From: Chthonomonadaceae bacterium
GTDB lineage: Bacteria; Armatimonadota; Chthonomonadetes; Chthonomonadales; Chthonomonadaceae
Length of the DNA: 47,582 bases
Direction: 5' to 3'
Assembly: GCA_035650735.1 (NCBI GenBank)
Contig: DASRGZ010000179.1
Location: 1 to 47,582, forward strand
Under the pieces are notes generated by a model. It was not told the DNA's origin and made no database searches. It was given only the letters and a program-made list of their open reading frames with translations. Positions 1 through 9,001 of this stretch are shown here, piece by piece. A program made the translations under genes and the position numbers. Each line of letters starts with the position of its first letter. The first letter of the stretch is position 1.

Positions 1-33
1 GGTTCCACGCTCTGGAACAGCGAGGAGTATAAG

Positions 34-1155
34 ATGCCACAGGTCAAAGTTCCCTTTTATGGGCACGTGCGCCAGTATCACAACCTGCAAGCGCAACTCG
101 ACGACGCCATCCATACAGTGTTGGAGAGCAGCCAGTATGTCATGGGGCCGACCCTCCAGCGCTTCGAGCAAGAGTTAGCAAGCTACTTCGGAATGCAATA
201 CTCTGTCGGGGTCAACTCCGGAACGGATGCGCTCTGGCTGGCCTTTCTCGCCCTCGGCATCAAGCCGGGCGATGAGGTCATCACGACGGCCAACACGTTT
301 TTCGCCACTGCGGAGGCCATCTGGATCGTGGACGCCAAGCCGGTCTTCGTAGATATTGACCCCAGGACCCGTAACATTGACCCGAACAAAATCGAGGCGG
401 CCATCACTCCCCGAACCCGAGCTATCGTGCCCGTGCACCTATACGGACTCTGCGCCGACATGCCGGCCATCCACGCCATTGCCAGGCGGCACAACCTGCT
501 CGTGATCGAGGACAGCGCCCAGGCCATTGATGGACATGGAGATGGCTGGAAACAGGGCGAGTTCAGTGATGCCGTCTGCACCAGCTTCATCATCCAGAAG
601 AACCTGGGCACCTTCGGCGACGGCGGGGCCGTCCTTACCAACAGCGAGGAGGTCGCCACGGCGATTCGACGCCTGCGCAATCATGGCTCCCTCGCGCGCT
701 CGGTCCATAGCATGGGATACAACAGCCGCCTGGATGATCTCCATGCCGCCATCCTCAGCGTGAAGCTGCGATACGTGTCCGAGTGGACGGACCGGCGGCG
801 CGCCCTGGCCGCGCGCTATGCGCAGGGCCTTAAGGACACTAGCCTCACGCTGCCCTACGAGCCGCCTGGCTATCGCCACGTGTATCATCTGTACGTTGTT
901 GAGCACCCACGGCGGGACAGCCTGGAGCAGTTCCTGCTTGAAGCCGGTGTGGATGCCAAACTCCACTACCCGATTGCCATTCACCAGCAGGAGGGCTATC
1001 CGTGGGGCAAGCTCGCCGACCTGTGCCCCCAGGTGCCTTACTCCGAGCAGAATGCCGCCACCTGCCTCTCCCTGCCCATGTTCCCCGAGCTGACGGACGA
1101 AGAGGTGGATTACGTGATTGACCGGTGCCTGGCCTGGGACAAGGAGCAGCCATGA
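34..1155 (+). CDS. DegT/DnrJ/EryC1/StrS family PLP-dependent sugar aminotransferase
   Basis: Motifs NSGTDAL, PGDEVIT, PVHLYG, IEDSAQA, SFxxxKNLGxxGDGG and GYNSRLDDL; GAGGAG RBS upstream. Confidence 0.93.
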   Translation: MPQVKVPFYGHVRQYHNLQAQLDDAIHTVLESSQYVMGPTLQRFEQELASYFGMQYSVGVNSGTDALWLAFLALGIKPGDEVITTANTFFATAEAIWIVDAKPVFVDIDPRTRNIDPNKIEAAITPRTRAIVPVHLYGLCADMPAIHAIARRHNLLVIEDSAQAIDGHGDGWKQGEFSDAVCTSFIIQKNLGTFGDGGAVLTNSEEVATAIRRLRNHGSLARSVHSMGYNSRLDDLHAAILSVKLRYVSEWTDRRRALAARYAQGLKDTSLTLPYEPPGYRHVYHLYVVEHPRRDSLEQFLLEAGVDAKLHYPIAIHQQEGYPWGKLADLCPQVPYSEQNAATCLSLPMFPELTDEEVDYVIDRCLAWDKEQP

Positions 1156-2216
1156 AGGTCTACAAAGCGGTCGTCGTGGGAATGGGGAAGCGCGGCAAGC
1201 ATCATGCGCTGGCATTCAAGGCCAACCCCCGCTTTGAGCTGGCCGGTATCTGCACACGGGATAGGGCCAAACTGGAACAGGCGGCCAGCGAACTGGGGGT
1301 CTCCCGCACGAGCACCGATCCCCTCGCCCTGGCCAGGGAGGTCCGACCGGACATCTTCTGCTTCTGCACGCCGCCTCAGGTTCGGCTGGAGCTCATCCAG
1401 GTCGGTATCGCCTGTGGGGCCAGGTTGATCGCCTACGAGAAACCGATGGCCCTGTCCATGAATGAAGCGATAGCGATCCGGGAAGCGGTCCGCGCCGCGA
1501 ATGTGAAGACGGTCGTCAGCCATCAGCACCGTTACGGTCAGCACTATCGCAAGGTGAAGGAGATCGTGGACAGCGGCAGCCTGGGGCGGGTTCACACCGT
1601 CTATGGCCATGCGGTGGGGTGGATGATGCACCTGTTTACTCATCTGGTGGACTACATGCGCTGGTATAACGGCAATGCCGAGGCCGAATGGGTGATGGGA
1701 CAGGCTGCGGGCAGCGGAAAGCTGGCGGACATCCACCCGTCGCCGGATTATGTGGCGGGCCTCATTCAGTTTGCGAACGGCGTTCGCGGCTACGTGGAGA
1801 CCGGCGCGGGAGCCCCGGATGTGCCGGAGGTTGACTACTGGTGGCGTAAGTGCCGGATCGGGGCGCAGGGAACGGAGGGCTTTGCCGAGGTCCTGACGGG
1901 AGCGGGATGGAGGGCGGTCACCCGCGATGGCCTGTCGTCTGGGGAGGGCTGCATGAACTACGACCTGGACATGCCTCCTTATGTCAACGACATGGCCGAC
2001 TGGCTGGACGATGACCGCAGGCTGCACCCGTGCAATGGAGAGAGCGCCTACCAGGGCTTCGAGATCACGATGGGCATTCTGCGGTCCGTGGTGGAACGGG
2101 GCCAGATCCGGCTGCCTTTGGGGCCTGGGGAGCCGGAATTAGAGGCCGTGCGACGGGTTCTCCCGGCAAGGCCGGTCCTCTTATCCCACGAGGGGAACCG
2201 CAAGGAGTATCCATAG
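1152..2216 (+). CDS. Gfo/Idh/MocA family oxidoreductase
   Basis: VVGMGKRG Rossmann start, YEKPMA motif, THLVD; ATG at 1152 overlaps the upstream TGA (ATGA) and follows AAGGAG. Confidence 0.9.
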   Translation: MKVYKAVVVGMGKRGKHHALAFKANPRFELAGICTRDRAKLEQAASELGVSRTSTDPLALAREVRPDIFCFCTPPQVRLELIQVGIACGARLIAYEKPMALSMNEAIAIREAVRAANVKTVVSHQHRYGQHYRKVKEIVDSGSLGRVHTVYGHAVGWMMHLFTHLVDYMRWYNGNAEAEWVMGQAAGSGKLADIHPSPDYVAGLIQFANGVRGYVETGAGAPDVPEVDYWWRKCRIGAQGTEGFAEVLTGAGWRAVTRDGLSSGEGCMNYDLDMPPYVNDMADWLDDDRRLHPCNGESAYQGFEITMGILRSVVERGQIRLPLGPGEPELEAVRRVLPARPVLLSHEGNRKEYP

Positions 2217-2234
2217 CGGAGGCAGAGACGCTTA

Positions 2235-3674
2235 ATGAAATATTTCCGTATGTTCTTGCTCGCACTCCTCGGGTGCGTGACCGCTTACCTCCTGTTCCTG
2301 GTGCAGCCCGGGGAATCGTCCCGGAAGGATGGCCGGGTCGTCATCACCTATTGGGAGAAGTGGAACGGCGAAGATGCGGCCGCGATGCAGCAGGTCGTCA
2401 ACGATTTCAACAATACGGTCGGCAAGCAGAAGGGCATCTATGTCCGGTATCTCTCGATGAGCAATGTGGATCAGAAGACCCTGGTCGCCACCGCGGCGGG
2501 CGTGCCCCCGGACGTGGCCGGCCTGTGGAATACGCAGGTCGCCCAGTTCGCTGAAATCAACGCGCTGGAGCCCCTCGACGATCTGGCAAAGGCCCACGGG
2601 ATTACCGCCGATTACTACAAACCGGTTCTCTGGGAGGGCTGCCGCTATAAGGGGCATCTGTGGGCGCTGGTCAGCAGTTGCGGTTCGCAGGCGCTCTACT
2701 ATAATAAGCTGCTGTTCGCCCGCAAAGCGGCGGCGCTGCGCAAGGCCGGCCTCGATCCGAACCGTCCACCCCGCACGCTGGACGAGCTGGATCGTTACGC
2801 CGCCGTCCTGGACGAATACGAGACCCTGCCCAACGGCTTCCGGCGGCTCAAACAGTCCGGATTCCTGCCTATGGAGCCGGGCTGGTATCTCGCTTATATT
2901 GGGTACTGGTTCGGCGCTCCGATCTACGACCCCCAAACGGATCGCATCCTGCTGACCGATCCGCGCATGGTCAAGGCCTTCGACTGGATTCGCGGCTACT
3001 CGCTCCGGCTTGGCAAGGACTCGCTGAGCGAATTCCGCAGCGGCTTTGGAACCTTCAACTCCACGCAGAACCCCTTCATTGCCCGCACCGTCGCGATGGA
3101 GTTGCAGGGGCCGTGGATGACCTCTACCTTCGAGAAGTATCGGCCCGCCATGAACCACGGGAAGTACCCCCGTTCCCTGGAGAGGTCGCTATCGCCGACG
3201 CAGCGGCAGGAGAACTGCGAGTGGGGCGTGGCGCCGTTTCCCTCGGCCGTGCCGGGACTGAACGACGTCACCTTTACCAACTTCGACGTGCTGATGATCC
3301 CGCGAGGCGTAAAGCACAAGAAGGAGGCTTTCGAGTTCATCGCCTTCGTGAACAGCCAGGCGGAGACGGAGAAGCTCAACATCCTGAACTGCCAGGACTC
3401 GCCCCTGCGCCAGGTGAGCCGGCACTTCTTTGAGGTCCATCCGAACCCCTACATTGCCGTTTTCGAGCGCCTGATGGCCGGCCCCCATGCCTACGGCGTG
3501 CCGCCGTGCCCGATCTGGCCGGAAGTCGGTGCCGAGCTGGACAACGCCACGCAGCGAGTCTCCTTGCTGGAAGCCTCTCCCGCGCAGGCCCTCCGCGACG
3601 CTCAGGAGCGCGTAGACGAGAAATACCGAGAGTACAGGGAGCGCCAGAGGGCGCGCCGGGGGAGCCAAGGATGA
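2235..3674 (+). CDS. Carbohydrate ABC transporter substrate-binding protein
   Basis: N-terminal hydrophobic anchor, AGVPPDV, LYYNKLLF, AMELQGPW, EAFEFIAF. Confidence 0.9.
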   Translation: MKYFRMFLLALLGCVTAYLLFLVQPGESSRKDGRVVITYWEKWNGEDAAAMQQVVNDFNNTVGKQKGIYVRYLSMSNVDQKTLVATAAGVPPDVAGLWNTQVAQFAEINALEPLDDLAKAHGITADYYKPVLWEGCRYKGHLWALVSSCGSQALYYNKLLFARKAAALRKAGLDPNRPPRTLDELDRYAAVLDEYETLPNGFRRLKQSGFLPMEPGWYLAYIGYWFGAPIYDPQTDRILLTDPRMVKAFDWIRGYSLRLGKDSLSEFRSGFGTFNSTQNPFIARTVAMELQGPWMTSTFEKYRPAMNHGKYPRSLERSLSPTQRQENCEWGVAPFPSAVPGLNDVTFTNFDVLMIPRGVKHKKEAFEFIAFVNSQAETEKLNILNCQDSPLRQVSRHFFEVHPNPYIAVFERLMAGPHAYGVPPCPIWPEVGAELDNATQRVSLLEASPAQALRDAQERVDEKYREYRERQRARRGSQG

Positions 3675-4612
3675 CCCGGAAGGAAGCCCGGCAGCTTGTC
3701 AGAGGACTCACGTTCCTTTCGCCCTGGATCGGCGGATTTCTGGCCTTCACCCTCGTTCCTATCGTGCTGGCGTTCTACTACAGCCTCTGCGACTACTCGC
3801 TGCTCCAGTCGCCGGTCCTCATCGGGCTGAGCAACTACCGCGCGCTGATGGGCGACCCCATTTTCTGGAAGTCGCTGATCAATACGCTGATCTACGCGGC
3901 CATCGCCCTGCCGGCAGGGATGCTGGTCTCCCTGGGGCTGGCCATCCTGCTCAACCAGAGGACTCTGGGGCAGCCCCTCTTCCGCACGATACTCTTCATT
4001 CCCTCGCTGGTGCCCACCGTCGCCTCGGCCATGCTCTGGCTCTGGCTCTTCAATACCAAGCTGGGCCTGATCAATACGCTGCTGGCGACCGCTCCCATGC
4101 AGGCGCTCCTCGGCGCGCTCAACACGGTACTGCACGCGCTGCATCTGCCCCGAATAGAGACCCCGATTGGCTGGCTGACGGACCCCGCCTGGGCCTTGCC
4201 CTCGCTGGCGATCATGAGCCTTTGGGGCGTGGGCTACACGGTCGTGATCTATCTGGCGGGATTGCAGGATGTGCCGCGCAGCCTGATCGAGGCCGCCGAG
4301 ATTGACGGCGCCGGCGCCTGGCAGCGGCTCCGCCACGTCACCCTGCCGATGCTCTCGCCGGTCATCTTCTTTAATTTGATCATGGCTATCATCGGGACGC
4401 TCCAGGCCTTTGCCATCCCGTATATCATGACCGGAGGCGGGCCGGCCAGGGCCACCTACTTCTACACGATGTATCTCTACGATAACGCCTTTCGCTACCT
4501 GAAGATGGGCTATGCCTGCTCGATGGCCTGGATTCAGTTCCTGCTCGTCGTTTTGCTTTCCGCGCTCGCGTTCTGGTCCAGCAAGCGCTGGGTCCACTAC
4601 CAGGGACAGTGA
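3671..4612 (+). CDS. Carbohydrate ABC transporter permease (MalF/UgpA type)
   Basis: FLSPWIGGF, GLSNY, EAA loop LAGLQDVPRSLIEAAEIDGAG; ATGA overlap with upstream stop. Confidence 0.92.
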   Translation: MTRKEARQLVRGLTFLSPWIGGFLAFTLVPIVLAFYYSLCDYSLLQSPVLIGLSNYRALMGDPIFWKSLINTLIYAAIALPAGMLVSLGLAILLNQRTLGQPLFRTILFIPSLVPTVASAMLWLWLFNTKLGLINTLLATAPMQALLGALNTVLHALHLPRIETPIGWLTDPAWALPSLAIMSLWGVGYTVVIYLAGLQDVPRSLIEAAEIDGAGAWQRLRHVTLPMLSPVIFFNLIMAIIGTLQAFAIPYIMTGGGPARATYFYTMYLYDNAFRYLKMGYACSMAWIQFLLVVLLSALAFWSSKRWVHYQGQ

Positions 4613-4644
4613 CCGCTCTTGCGGCACGTTGATGACTTTCACCC

Positions 4645-5562
4645 ATGACCGATCCGACCGCTACCGATTCCCGCACCACAACGACGCGCCGGACGACCGC
4701 GCGTGCCCGGCGCAGGCCGCATCCGGAGCGATGGTTCGCGTTTGTGGGCCTGCTTTTTATCTCTATCGGCTTTATCCTTCCGTTCGTCTGGATGCTTTCG
4801 ACGAGCTTGAAGACTCTGGACAAAGCGATGGAGTTGCCGCCGCACCTCATCCCCCACCCGGTTGTTGTCCGGAACTACGCGACCGTTCTCCAGCGCGGCG
4901 AACTGAACTTCCCCCTGCTCACCCACAATACCCTGGTGGTCTCTATCCTTTCGGTGCTCGGCACCACCCTCTCCAGCGCCATTGCCGCCTACGGCTTCGC
5001 CAAGATTCGCTTCAAGGGACGCAGCGCGCTGTTCGGCATCATGCTCGCTACCATGATGGTTCCGTTCCCGGTTCTAATGGTTCCGCTCTTCAGCATCTTC
5101 CGGTGGATCGGCGACCACACGCCGATTCAGATGCTGGGAACCCTCAGGCCGCTCTGGATTCCGGCGTGGTTCGGCTCGGCTTTCAGCATCTTCCTGCTGC
5201 GTCAGTTCTTTCTGACGATTCCCGACGAACTCAGCGAGGCGGCCTGCCTTGACGGCTGCTCGGATTGGCGCATCTTCTGGCAGATCATCGTTCCGCTGTC
5301 CCGGCCGGCCCTGGCGGTGGTGGCGCTCTTTACGTTCCTGGGCGCCTGGAACGACTTCCTGGGGCCTCTGGTCTACATCCAGGACCGGCAGCAATACACC
5401 CTGTCTCTGGGCCTGGAGGCGTTCCAATCGCAGCACGGCGGCACGGAGTGGAACCTCCTCATGGCGGCCTCCGTGCTGGTCCTTCTCCCGGTGATTGTGC
5501 TCTTCTTCCTGGCGCAGCGGACCTTTATCGAGGGCATCGCCACGACCGGAGGGAAGGGATAG
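4645..5562 (+). CDS. Carbohydrate ABC transporter permease (MalG/UgpE type)
   Basis: LPFVWMLSTSLK, FLLRQFFLTIPDELSEAACLDG, WNDFLGPL, FIEGIATTG. Confidence 0.92.
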   Translation: MTDPTATDSRTTTTRRTTARARRRPHPERWFAFVGLLFISIGFILPFVWMLSTSLKTLDKAMELPPHLIPHPVVVRNYATVLQRGELNFPLLTHNTLVVSILSVLGTTLSSAIAAYGFAKIRFKGRSALFGIMLATMMVPFPVLMVPLFSIFRWIGDHTPIQMLGTLRPLWIPAWFGSAFSIFLLRQFFLTIPDELSEAACLDGCSDWRIFWQIIVPLSRPALAVVALFTFLGAWNDFLGPLVYIQDRQQYTLSLGLEAFQSQHGGTEWNLLMAASVLVLLPVIVLFFLAQRTFIEGIATTGGKG

Positions 5563-5753
5563 GCCAGAGTCGCCCCGCGTCTGCCGTGACCATTTCGGAG
5601 GGTATTGCCTTCGTGGTGATTATGCGGCAGGCAAAGGTTGCGGCTTATTTTGCAGGGCGGAAACCGTACGACGTTCGGGGTATTCGAAGCTAGTTTGATA
5701 GGGCGCGCTATCGCCCTGGAATCTGGCGTTGCTGCTATGATGTTGGCATAGAG

Positions 5754-6908
5754 CTATTGAGAAGCACTCTTGTCAGGGGCAAGGTGGAACATAAAAATAC
5801 CACTCTTGCGGTATCCCCATGTATAGTGGTACAGCATAGCAAGCTTATCCAATACAGCCTTTAGCGGCTTCTCCTTGCAGACAAAAGACCTCTTGATTGG
5901 GTCATACACGGAGACTTCTGCCGCAAAGTTGAGAGGCACTTGTGGCGCCAATTCCCGCAAGGCATCGAGGATAGTTTCTGAGCGAACATCAAGCGTAACC
6001 CTCTGGTTGAGCCGAGGATCGTTACTAGCTTGCTCTTGCGAGGTCGTATCTTCCGAAGCACCGTACCAGATGGGCGAACTTTCGGGAACGACCTGGCTGC
6101 TCTCATTAGGATCACTAAAGACGTTAAAGTTAATACCACACCCGCCTCGCTCATCAAAAACCATGAGATGATAACTTGTAACTCCTTCCCCCGGATACGT
6201 TTCCATCCAGAGCCGTGTACCGTCTAAAGCTTCAGGCGAAAGATGTCCTCCGTCTAATCCCTGTTCCGCTAATTCCTCTCTACGTGCTGCCAACATATCA
6301 CGCAGCACTTGCTGCATTGGGGTAGGAAGTTCTCCAAACCCTATTCCGTTAGGGAGCGGGAAGCCGCGCATAGGATGTGCCCATAGAGAGTTTTGTAACT
6401 CCTGAGACTGTTTACTAAGGAGATTTACAAACTCTCTGCCTTTTCGGTAGATTTCTGCTTGTGCTTGTGAGTGAGGACGTAATGCATTCTGAAGCGCTGT
6501 ATTGTCTCGTTCGCGTAGGATAAGAATTCCCCCTTTGCGACGCTCCCACTCCCAGTTGTGAACGGCAGCAATGCTATCGAGAATATCCTTGAGAGATATA
6601 TCCTTATACGAGAAAGATAGCCTGGCAGGGCGTACCTCGTTGCCCTCAGCCTCAAGCTTCACCTTCGTACGAATGCTTAGTTCTCGAAGTGCTTCAGCAA
6701 CCCGTGTGAGCCGCCTTTTCAGAGTAACTTTGATTCTTAGGCGTGGGTCATTGTCCAAAGGATTTAGCTTGGAAGCAGTAGTATTAGTTATCGGTTCCTT
6801 CTCGCTTGCCTGATTTTGCTGACCTTTGACAACGCTCAAAGGCAGGAGAAATAGAACGGTTACTACAATCCATACAAAGGGGGCTAGTCGCCGATGAAAT
6901 TGCCTCAT
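5754..6908 (-). CDS. Secreted hypothetical protein with two secretin/TonB N-terminal (STN/N0)-like repeats
   Basis: Signal peptide MRQFHRRLAPFVWIVVTVLFLLPLSVVKG after AAGGGAAAG; internal repeat DPRL.x.VTL...ALREL...LK.ILD.IA..W....GI at both ends; AT-richer than flanks. ORF track starts at 6986. Confidence 0.7.
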   Translation of the reverse strand: MRQFHRRLAPFVWIVVTVLFLLPLSVVKGQQNQASEKEPITNTTASKLNPLDNDPRLRIKVTLKRRLTRVAEALRELSIRTKVKLEAEGNEVRPARLSFSYKDISLKDILDSIAAVHNWEWERRKGGILILRERDNTALQNALRPHSQAQAEIYRKGREFVNLLSKQSQELQNSLWAHPMRGFPLPNGIGFGELPTPMQQVLRDMLAARREELAEQGLDGGHLSPEALDGTRLWMETYPGEGVTSYHLMVFDERGGCGINFNVFSDPNESSQVVPESSPIWYGASEDTTSQEQASNDPRLNQRVTLDVRSETILDALRELAPQVPLNFAAEVSVYDPIKRSFVCKEKPLKAVLDKLAMLYHYTWGYRKSGIFMFHLAPDKSASQ

Positions 6909-7137
6909 TTGTCTTTCCCTTGCTAGGCTTTGCTTGCCTGTCCCGAAGAGCAGGAACAAATACGCATACAGTCTTAAGAACGTCATCCCCTTCTTTGGTG
7001 TTCGCAGAATACCTAACCCAAGTTGCTACCTAGGAACACGTTTGAGAGAGAATCGCTCTGGAAACCGGCTTTTGCATCACCGTTTGCCTTCTCGAAGAGG
7101 CAAGGTAGCAACTTGAGTTACCTACTCTCTCGCTATC

Positions 7138-7631
7138 CTAAAAATAAATGGTGTTAGAGCTACTTTGGGTGGTCTTGTCGTCATAGACAGTAGCGCCGTC
7201 CGCTATGACAACCTCAAGGGTATAGAAATAGGTAGCCTTTACCGCATTTGAGGGCTTGTTGAGAGAGGCGTTTATTTCCCCTTGCGTATAAAAGCTCCCA
7301 GTAGTTGTCCCTGGAGTGTAGACCGTACCTGATTTTGGGTAAGGGTACAGAGACAATACCTTACCGGTGATGATCTTGTTTTGGCTATCGTAATAGATGA
7401 CGGTCTCATCTACAAACCAGTTAGCGTAGAGACCCTGCGTTGTCCAGGTCGTCGTAAAACTGTAGGTGACATGATCATTATTCTCGAACGCAAAGAAATC
7501 TGCTTGAATGTTGAGAGAGGTGCACTTGCTGCTTGAGCAGGCTTTACAAGGGCAAGGCAGGAAAGCGTGAGCAGGCAGAGCAGAAACAGGTGACATAACC
7601 AGCTCATACGTTGTAAGTACTGTTGGGTCAT
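7138..7631 (-). pseudogene. Secreted Thr/Tyr-rich hypothetical protein split by a frameshift at a (CT)n tract
   Basis: AGGAGG RBS, ATG at 7631 and signal peptide (...LALVKPAQA-AS) lie in one frame; the beta-rich body lies in ORF 7138..7596; the frames join at CTCTCTC (7513-7519). Confidence 0.7.
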
Positions 7632-7856
7632 TTCAAAGTCCTCCTAAGTCTAATGGCCAAACAACCACCAGCCTCTTACGGTGAGGTCTCTCAAAAGAAG
7701 GGGATGACGTGCGGCCCATTTTGGTATATGTGCCGCTTCATGTCCCACACAGACGTTAGATTAGACTTCGGCAAATTACCTATATCTCCTGCCGTCATTC
7801 GAAATTTTTCGAAAGAATTTTGGAAAAATTGTACCTCCTCTTAGGAAAGGTGGGCG

Positions 7857-7865
7857 TGCTACAAT
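7857..7865 (+). promoter_or_regulatory. Extended -10 element (TG-C-TACAAT) upstream of the XdhC-family gene
   Basis: TGCTACAAT about 46 nt before the GTG start; AT-rich upstream region with palindrome TTCGAAATTTTTCGAA (7798-7813). Confidence 0.5.
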
Positions 7866-7911
7866 AGAGAGGAAAATAGCACTCATTAGACAGCGGTAAG
7901 TGAGGTAAGGC

Positions 7912-8724
7912 GTGGCAGGCGATACACCTGAGATATGGCAAGAGATAGCGTCGGCGATGGCGGAGCGTCAGCCGTTGGTGGCGGCGACGGTGGTAAGAAC
8001 CAGCGGTTCTGTGCCGCGTCGCACCGGCGCCAAGATGCTCATCTACCCGGACGGGCGCACGCGCGGCAGCGTTGGCGGCGGGCTGTTTGAATCGCTGGTC
8101 GTGCGGGATGCCCTGGGCGCGCTTGGCTGCGGACAGAGCGTGACGCGCGGCTACTCCTTCAACCCGGAAGGCGCGGGGCCACAGGCGTTCGGCGCGGTCT
8201 GCGGCGGGCGGGCCGAGGTCTTTTTGGAGGTGCTGATGCCCCCGGACAGGCTGCTTATCGTGGGTGGCGGGCATTGCGGGCGCGCGCTGGCGCGCATGGC
8301 CTCGCTGCTCGATTTCTCTATTACCGTCGTGGACGACCGCGCCGAATACGCCCGGCCCGAAGATTTCCCCTTCCCGAACGTCGAGAGCGTTCTCCAGCTT
8401 CCCCCGGACTTCGCGGGCCTGCCGACCCCGGACGAACGCTCCTACGTCGTGCTCATCAGCAAGGGCTTTGTCACCGACGAGGCCGCCCTGCGCCGCGTGC
8501 TGGATACGCCCGCCGCCTACATCGGCATGATCGGCAGCAAGCGCAAGCGCGAAGTCGTCTACACGAACCTCCGCGCCGACGGCGTCCCGGAGGAGAAGCT
8601 GGCCCGCGTCCATGCGCCCATCGGCCTGGAGATCGGCGCGGAAACCCCGGAGGAGATCGCCATCAGCATCCTGGCCCAGATTATTCAAGTCCGTTCCCAG
8701 AAGAGGCAGGCAGCGGGTTCATAA
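7912..8724 (+). CDS. xdhC: XdhC/CoxI family molybdenum-cofactor insertion accessory protein
   Basis: GSVPRRTGAKM, GSVGGG, CGG, VGGGHCG, YIGMIGSKRK, HAPIGLEIGAETPEEIAISI. Confidence 0.92.
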   Translation: MAGDTPEIWQEIASAMAERQPLVAATVVRTSGSVPRRTGAKMLIYPDGRTRGSVGGGLFESLVVRDALGALGCGQSVTRGYSFNPEGAGPQAFGAVCGGRAEVFLEVLMPPDRLLIVGGGHCGRALARMASLLDFSITVVDDRAEYARPEDFPFPNVESVLQLPPDFAGLPTPDERSYVVLISKGFVTDEAALRRVLDTPAAYIGMIGSKRKREVVYTNLRADGVPEEKLARVHAPIGLEIGAETPEEIAISILAQIIQVRSQKRQAAGS

Positions 8725-8725
8725 G

Positions 8726-8925
8726 CGCCCGGCCCTAAAGGACCGGGCTGTGGACGGCAAGCCCCATAAATGGGGCTACGCAGGGTGGATCGGTTTCTAT
8801 AAAGGGTAAATGCGCCCAAGCGATCCGCCTGGAGAGAGCTTCTCGCAGGAGACGAACCCACCTCTGGCAGCCCGCTTTAGCGGGCTTGCCGTCCACAGCC
8901 CATCCCTGTTGGGCCGGGCGGCCCA
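8726..8925. repeat. REPIN-like palindromic element with a perfect 20-bp inverted repeat
   Basis: GGGCTGTGGACGGCAAGCCC (8745-8764) and its exact reverse complement (8882-8901), plus small hairpins such as AGCCCGCTTTAGCGGGCT. Confidence 0.8.
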
Positions 8926-9001
8926 ACAGGTTCCGTATGCACTCAGAGGGGAGGGTCGGGAGCGTTGGCGCGGGAAGCGGTAATCCCTGGAAGGCTTGGG
9001 C

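Noticed and set aside
5563..5753. Attachment site or gene remnant at the left edge of the AT-richer islet
   Set aside because: No matching direct repeat was found at the right edge, and the short reading frame is unrecognisable
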